Positions 57,601 through 64,000 of a stretch of 64,000 nucleotides of DNA are shown piece by piece. Numbering within the stretch: position 1 is the stretch's first letter; every line of letters starts with the position of its first letter. Both the position numbers and the translations under genes were made by a program. The DNA is from Orbicella franksi. Lineage: Eukaryota. Location: assembly GCA_964199315.1 (NCBI GenBank), contig OZ116699.1, positions 12,524,001 through 12,588,000 on the forward strand, written 5' to 3'. A model generated the notes under the pieces. It was not told the DNA's origin and ran no database searches. It worked only from the letters and a program-made list of their open reading frames with translations.

Positions 57601-60600
57601 GAGATTCTGGAACAATTGGCGACTGAGTTTTAATTAGGTTATTCAGCGATGGTCCGTCGACACCGAGAGATTCTGGAACATTTGGCGACTGAGCTTTAAT
57701 CAGGCGAGAGGGTGTTAGTGGATCCCCTTGAAAAGCATGCCCCTGGATATGAAGGTTTAAACCCTGGGGTAAACTCAGTGCTTGTGTCACTTGTTCAGCG
57801 CCTAAACCGAGTGCATCTTTAGAGGATATCTTCCCTGAAGTTAAACTCCTTCCTTGTGAAGGAACCGTAGGAACATGGGCGTCGATAGCATTTGGTTGCG
57901 TTGCCATCATGGGTGTCTCTTGAGTTTTGAAAGGAGATATCGTTGTTGTCATTTTATCTGCCAGCAAAGTGTTAATGCCCATATTGTTTTGACCTGGATT
58001 CCCTTCCATCAATTTCTTGAGGAACTCCTGCTTAAGATTCTCCTCGCTCTGGTGTTCAGAATCATTCCGGTGTTTCAGCAGGTCAAGGACGACTTTTTTG
58101 CCAATAGTAGAAAAAAGGTCTGAATTATCGGAAGATATGTGTTGAGCCTCCTCTGGATAGTTATTAAAGCCTTGGAAGAGTTCTTTGTCCTGGGTATCAA
58201 GGTCCTGGTAATAATTTTTAGGCATTTCAAAAGGATTGTTTCCCTCATTAGAGTGATAATCTGAAACTTTGTCATAACCTGATTCCTTGTAGCTGTATTC
58301 AGGCAAAGGGTTGTCTTTATACATGTCTGTGAGTTTTCCCACATTAGCTGCCTGTGGCTGCTCTTGTTCTATCTGGCTAATCTGGCTATAGAATTCTTTA
58401 TCCATTCCTCCATTACGAAGTGTACCTACAAACGAATATACCATTGACAAATTTTGAACAGGAAAACATCTCTAAATCATGCTAAGTTTTCTGGTTGTTT
58501 CAAATTTATTTAAGACTTGAAGTTTGTCAAACTAGTTTGCTTTAGCATTATTTTTGTTGTGTTTGGAAAACTATAAATCAAACTTTTTTGTGAAATGTCA
58601 GACCAAAACTAAATTTTACTTTAAAACATCACCTTCTGCTTTTTCAATACCAGCATATTTGAACGATGGGAGTTAAACTTAGCTTTGTCTATTCGTATGG
58701 GTTTGCAAGGGGGAGGGAGACTGGGCATGTAGGAATATCTCGAGTCAACATCCATACATCACTGATCCTAGATGGGTCGACTCATCTGTTGCTTCAACGT
58801 GCATTTATTGTTATGGGCGCATGCACGTGCGGAAGTATAGTGGGTGCTTACTCATATCTTCTGCTCTCCCCATTTCATCTCTTGTTACCTTTGCGACAGG
58901 GTTTCTACTTTCCTTATTATCATCTGGAGGAGAAGAAAGTCATCGTTACCCACATAGTCAGGCTGCCTCAGAATAAAATCCGTTTGGGACAGATGCAATG
59001 CAAGTGAACTCAAGAATCTAAGGAGAGTTGTTCCTTGGTATTTTACTATCATAAATTACTCGGTTTCTCTAGCTGGAAAAGATGTATTAAATTCGGCTCG
59101 CTAGTCTAGCGTTGATCTGTTTCCAGAGAAAATAATAGTATTCGTGGCAGGCTTTGAAAAGTAACTGAAAAATGATCTCCGCTTTCAATGCTCGTCGCGG
59201 ATATTACATCATTCCTCTTCTTTGCTGGTTGATGATACCTCTTTCTGTCGTTTAATATAAAGTGAATTTCCTAAATAACATACCGTTGATTCTTGCCTTC
59301 TGACGAGAAGGATCAAGTAGATCATCTCCATCAATCTTTGAGTCATCCTGATTTACATCAACTTCTGCTTAACGATAGTACACACAAAAAGCTCATGAGT
59401 GTTATAAATGCTTTCCGAAAACTTAAATGTCCTAATGCTTGACAATAAATAACAACCTCTCACTTGCACACAATCTCCTCCAAATTTGTGCCATCGATGT
59501 TATGGCGGTGGCCTACTGTTACCAGAGAGGGAACGTTTAAAATAAGTAGCTGCTAACTACAGGAGCTAGACTACAATTTTTAAGACGTTTTAAATACAAG
59601 TGACAGATGGGAGATTACCTTTGTTGAATTGTTTCACTAAATGCTGATCTATTGGAGACAGCTGTCCCGAATACAGTAGAGCACTGTTTGTTAATCGCTG
59701 TTCGTCTGAAAAAAAGTTAGGAACTACTGGGTAACTAAAGATTAGACTTAGACGTATATTACTCGCATAAGGAACAATTAGTTAACTTGTTTTTCCGGGA
59801 TGGTCGCCATAATAAACTGTAAAAAAAGTGGCATCGGCACATCCTGTTCTAGTTTGGAATGTAAGCCATTGCAGAATAAGTTACGGTGATAGTATAATGA
59901 TGATTCCTTTAGAAGAGCGGTGGTGTAATAGTAAGCGCACTTGACTCAAAATCCAGCGGTATGGGTTTCAGCCATGGTCGGGGGCAATGCATTGTGTTCT
60001 TAGGTAAGACACTTAATTCTCACAGTGCTTCTTTGTCCCCAAGTGCATAAATGGGTACCTGCGAATTAAATGCTGAAGGTAATCCTGTAACCGACTAGTG
60101 TCACATCCAGCGGGGACTAAAAAACTCTTAAATCTACGTAAACCGGTATAAACTCCAGCAACTATAAGGCACTTTGACCCGATAGAAAATTATGTGCTAC
60201 AGTGTATAGCAATGATAAATCCTGGAGAACAAAATAATTATGTTACCTTGAATAGCTGGTAGTTTTTGTAGAAAATTAACATCACTTTTTCTTGAGCCAC
60301 CCGCATCTAACGACACAAATATAATATAAGTTGAATTTTGATTTTGCAGAAAAGCAGTGATATAAAACAATTTAATAATATTTCAAGCCACTGTGAGTTA
60401 GCGTCACTAACCTCCATTCCTAACCGTTAAAATTTCCTCAGGTTTTATTCCAATGAGGGCCGATCGCGCAGTTTTCTCGTCTGGAAGAGCGGTTTTCTTT
60501 TTGTGATGTTTGTTTCCAGATTTCTTTCCTAGAGACCCTACAGTGGTAGTCTTATTAGATTTTTCTCCTTCAAAGTATAATAAAATATTTGATGTAGAGA

Positions 60601-60673
60601 TGCAACAAAACTCACCCTTAGTCCAGAACAGCAACACCAGTATAAGCAGCTGGGCTCGTTTTATCGTGATCAT
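54605..60673 (-). CDS. Secreted low-complexity + TSP1 + CAP protein, cluster gene B (about 795 aa)
   Basis: Exons 60673-60616 (MITIKRAQLLILVLLFWTK), 60306-60247, 59364-59284, 58425-56827 (1599 nt), 55793-55659 (TSP1 WSPCSVTCGQG.QARAQLC) and 55059-54605 (CAP: LHNKFR, HFTQLIWK, VVALYSPPGN). All introns are phase 1. Confidence 0.86.
55298..55475. mobile_element. MITE-like element with TACGAG repeats
   Basis: TAGATT...TACGAGATAGAGTGCGAGAACGA versus inverted TCGTCCTTGCACTCAATCTCGCTCTCGTAGTCCAATCTA. Confidence 0.5.
56170..56264 (+). mobile_element. 3' end of a retroposon with AATAAA and an (ACCTTT)n tail
   Basis: ...GGGGCCACCTTGGCTAAATAAAGTTT followed by ACCTTT/ACCCTT hexamer repeats at 56232-56264. 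Confidence 0.5.
57567..57704 (-). repeat. 66-bp (22-aa) in-frame tandem duplication in gene B
   Basis: LIKAQSPNVPESLGVDGPSLNN / LIKTQSPIVPESLGVDRPSLNN / LI. AGGTTATTCAG recurs at 57570 and 57636. Confidence 0.92.
59915..60182 (+). mobile_element. tRNA-derived SINE, family copy 3, degenerate, in a gene B intron
   Basis: GAGCGGTGG.GTAATAGT head, then TGTGTTCT.GGTAAGACACTT..TTCTCACAGTGC...TAAATGGGTACC core, matching the reverse complement of copies 1 and 2. Confidence 0.7.
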
Positions 60674-62385
60674 TCTTTACGCTTCTTAGTTTTTGTTTCC
60701 ACCAAGAACATGGTTGCAATTTCCTGTTTAAGCACTTCATTTGAAAATAATTGGATAGCGTAATATGTCAGCATTTCAACTAGAAAATGGAAATTTAATA
60801 TAAAAGCATATGTTACAGTTACTGAAGCAGGATTACATAGACAAAATCAGAACATCTTGTATCTGGCCAGTGTTCTAGTGCTACGTGCAAGGAGAAGCCT
60901 GGAACATGGGACTCGCGAGAACTGCCCTCCTATCTCTCAGTCACTAGGTTAAAAAGAAATTTGAACCGAGCAGTAGCCGCTTCAACTCGGCCAATTTCCG
61001 TCATGAAAGGGACAACTTTAACCATTTTCATCAAATCTTTTGGTTTATCTTACATTCATTTCTTCACAAATAACACTAATAAATGCAATTATGTCATGTC
61101 AACTGAGTACAGAGTATCGGCTCTCAGTCTTTTGAGTTTAAGCTACAATATATATATATTTTTTACTTCCATACGATAATTGGGGTTCAAGAAACGTCTG
61201 GCTTTATTTTTCCTTTATCATTAGACTTTGTTTATAAGGCACGACACCAGCGTTTTTGATCTCTACATGGGATTCGTTAACAAGTACTAGATCAGCAATA
61301 CATGCCACCCTTCAGGTCAGGCCACAAGTAGTTTATTTCGATATTGGATTTCTTGGAAATTCAGCGCAATAGACACAGGAGCAACACGAAAAATTGATCC
61401 CTACAGTAAACGTACCTTTTATATTTCAGGCCCATTTCTGGCTGTTGATATAATATGTTTTTCCTTTCTTAGCAGGAATCCATGTTCTTTGACGAAAACA
61501 GGGTTAAATAAATAATGAAATGCATCTTAATCAGGTGCTCTACTCATGACATAATTACGTGTCAACAACACCACGGTTCGCGGTTTGAATGAAGAGCTGA
61601 CCTTCAGACTCACTGGTGTTTCTGAGGTTCACTAATAATCTTTTGTTAAACGCTTGAGGCTTCTGGGCTCGAAGGTGTAAAGCTATTCGGACAAATACAT
61701 TTGTTTATATAGACCACGAGAGACTGAAGAGCAGAACTCCAAGTCTAAATGTGCAGGGAATATTCAAAGTTTAGTGTGGCACCCTGATGCTGCAAGATAC
61801 ACAATTTTTGCAACATTTTCTTACATTATGTTGTTTTACGGCAAGCCGTCAACGGTGAACTTCACGTTGCCGATAGCAATTTCGAGATCACTGTGCAGGG
61901 AGTTTTCATTTGTTTTCGTTGTATTACAGCCTCCATTCGTCCAGTGTGGTGTGGGATGAGTCAGGGATGCGGGATGAGGACAGTTAAAAGGCCATTTCCT
62001 GTGGTATTCGAGTGTTCCTTACCAGAAAAAAGTATTGCCATAGTACGGTGTGAAAAGTATAACGTCCCTATCCCTGCATTCAGGGCACACTAATCTGTTG
62101 CACTCCCGTATACACATTAGCTCTTCTACGAGTGGTGGTGTCCACTTGATTTGATTTTGATCAAGAAAACAGGCCATTTTAAAGATAACTTACTTTAATG
62201 AAAAAAGTTCATTTTATTATCCAATCGCAAATTATACTATGCATTTACACGAACTCGAATAAAATTCGTTAATCCGCCAACAGGTGTCAAGAAGACAACT
62301 GGTATGTTTCTGTTTTCTTCTTTATCAACAAAAGAACACGAGAGTTATGGCTTAACTCAATAAAACATTCTGTGAATAAGGTCTG

Positions 62386-64000
62386 TTAACCAATCGTTGA
62401 ATTTGGTAGCAGTTGTGTCCTCTTAAATATTGTGGAATAAACGTCCTGTGTCATGGTTCCTTTGTTAATGACATTTTCTCTTAAAAATTTTCGATCATTC
62501 CCAGGCGGCCTATACAATGCCACCACATACAAATCATTTGTGGCGACATCCTTTGCACATCCCATGCCTATTTCTTTGCTCCCTTTCCAGATCATCTGAG
62601 TGAATGCGTCGGTCTGCGGTGTAACTCGTGGATACGAATAGCTATAATTACGTGATTCGCTGTACCATATATCAGTTGCTACCGTTCCAGCATCGTTGAA
62701 TGGAACACCAGTTATCTTTGCTACATTTTCTCCATAGCCCATCGAAGTTGCCACTTCAGATCGTTGCACGGTTCCCCTCATGGCCATGTCATATGCCATT
62801 TTCTCTGCTTGAGTAGCAAGCTCATCCGACCAACGGAGATTCGAAGAATGATGTTCTTGGCGATAGTGATTATGAGCTTGAAGGCCCTTCTCAGCGAATG
62901 TCTCAAGATCTAAGGGAACGGAGAGCAATACAACAAAAGGTAAACAAACGACCCTCAAACAAGCAAATAAAAACACCTGAAGGGACAAAGACAAACCAAA
63001 GGAAAACCTCCTCATATAATAATAAAACGCCTCACTAAATATATTACAGGAACACTCTATTGACTGAACTTGAACAGCTTCGATAGTATTTAACTGTAAA
63101 GTCTACGAGTTTAAACGTGCACAATATATCATCCACTGTGTACTTCGCCGCCTACGTACAAAATTCGTCACTGGAGAGTGTTTTACGCGAACTTACGAAC
63201 ATTACCTTCCTTGATGTGCTGTACCGTGCTTGATTCCTGCCTGTCTCTTGGCATTCCGAGCTCTGTGGCAGACTCAAATAATACATTGTCTGATGGACCA
63301 AGGGGTTTTGTTGGGGAAACTGATTTTGTAATTGGCTCAGACGGGGACATTACCAGATCTTTTAACGGGTCAAAAAGCACGTTTGCATGAGCAAGCTCAG
63401 GGGGTTCTTCTTGTCCAGCTGCTCTGGTAAAGGCAGACAATTCTCCGAAGCGTGGTTTTTCTTGGTTTTTATCATCTTGCAAAAATCGAGTCTTTTTTTC
63501 TGGTTGAACGTAATTTACGGGTGTTGGGTCATTTTTTATACCTCTCACACTTCCTGTGTTTGTGGTCTGGGCGCTTTGAAGGCTTGGAAGTTGATTTCCT
63601 ACCAACGAGTCTAAATCTGTCGGATATCCTATTAACTGTTTTCCCTGCAGACTTTTAATACTTGATTGCACCGCCTGCAATAGCTTCTTAACGGCTTCTG
63701 CGAATGCAGCTGTGCTTTGTGACGTTGGCTGTGGCTTTCTGGCTGGCTTTCTATTCACATGGTAACTGTCGGGTTCTTTTACAGCACTTCCCTTTAATGA
63801 GGGTAAAATCCTTACGCTATATCCAACTCTGGTAGTTGGTTGCACTTTCACGTCGCTCGGAAAGCTTCGTGTTTCATTAGTCACTGCACTTCTTGAAGGC
63901 CCTGCAATCCCTTTTTCAAGCATTTCTTGAGACACTGGTTGAGCGTCGTTAAGTTTGCCTAAAGTGTCCACAATTCCTGTATGTTCTTTCACCGACTCGG
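62386..64000 (-). CDS. Low-complexity + CAP protein, cluster gene A, 5' partial
   Basis: A large S/T/P/Q-rich exon is open from the window edge to a donor at 63206 (GAAG|GTAATG, phase 1). The CAP exon is 62909-62386 (AHNHYR, GENVA, FTQMIWK, VVALYRPPGN, DVYSTIFKR...*). Confidence 0.85.

Noticed and set aside
61780-62060. GPS-domain-like peptide on - (HWTNGGCNTTKTNE)
   Set aside because: Only a W..GC resemblance. The downstream Cys/His pattern is missing and I found no linked exons.
42265-64000. One giant multi-CAP-domain gene
   Set aside because: Each CAP exon ends in a stop codon, and a new ATG plus signal-peptide exon follows at 60673, 51173 and 45423.

Overview
Eukaryotic, AT-rich, intron-rich genomic DNA. 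The repeat landscape and gene content suggest a stony coral or related cnidarian (inference). From left to right: (1) ERGIC1 on + (13 coding exons, 3417-16378, first exon not found in the window). Its intron carries a young, internally deleted Ty3/Gypsy element (3635-7497) with 144-bp LTRs, an ACATG TSD, a tRNA-Leu PBS and a PPT. (2) An orphan coiled-coil ORF, a 145-N gap, a LINE 3' fragment and a doubly frameshifted multi-pass membrane gene. (3) A MITE/SINE patchwork, then a 21-exon gene on + (28040-41791, about 833 aa) that I assembled by hand from splice sites. It joins a PNKP-type P-loop kinase-like domain, a degenerate HAD-IIIA phosphatase-like domain (T4-Pnk order), a SWIM zinc finger and a CYREN/MRI-like C-terminus (Ku-binding-like, middle and XLF-like motifs). 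This candidate NHEJ scaffold is the most novel item. (4) A tandem array of four secreted-protein genes on - (42265 to the window end). Each intact gene has a signal peptide, a low-complexity region, an optional TSP1 exon and a terminal, nearly cysteine-free CAP (SCP/GAPR-1-like) domain, and all introns are phase 1. No CRISPR, rRNA or convincing tRNA gene was seen. All gene models and homologies are by eye or from memory and need RNA-seq and HMM confirmation.
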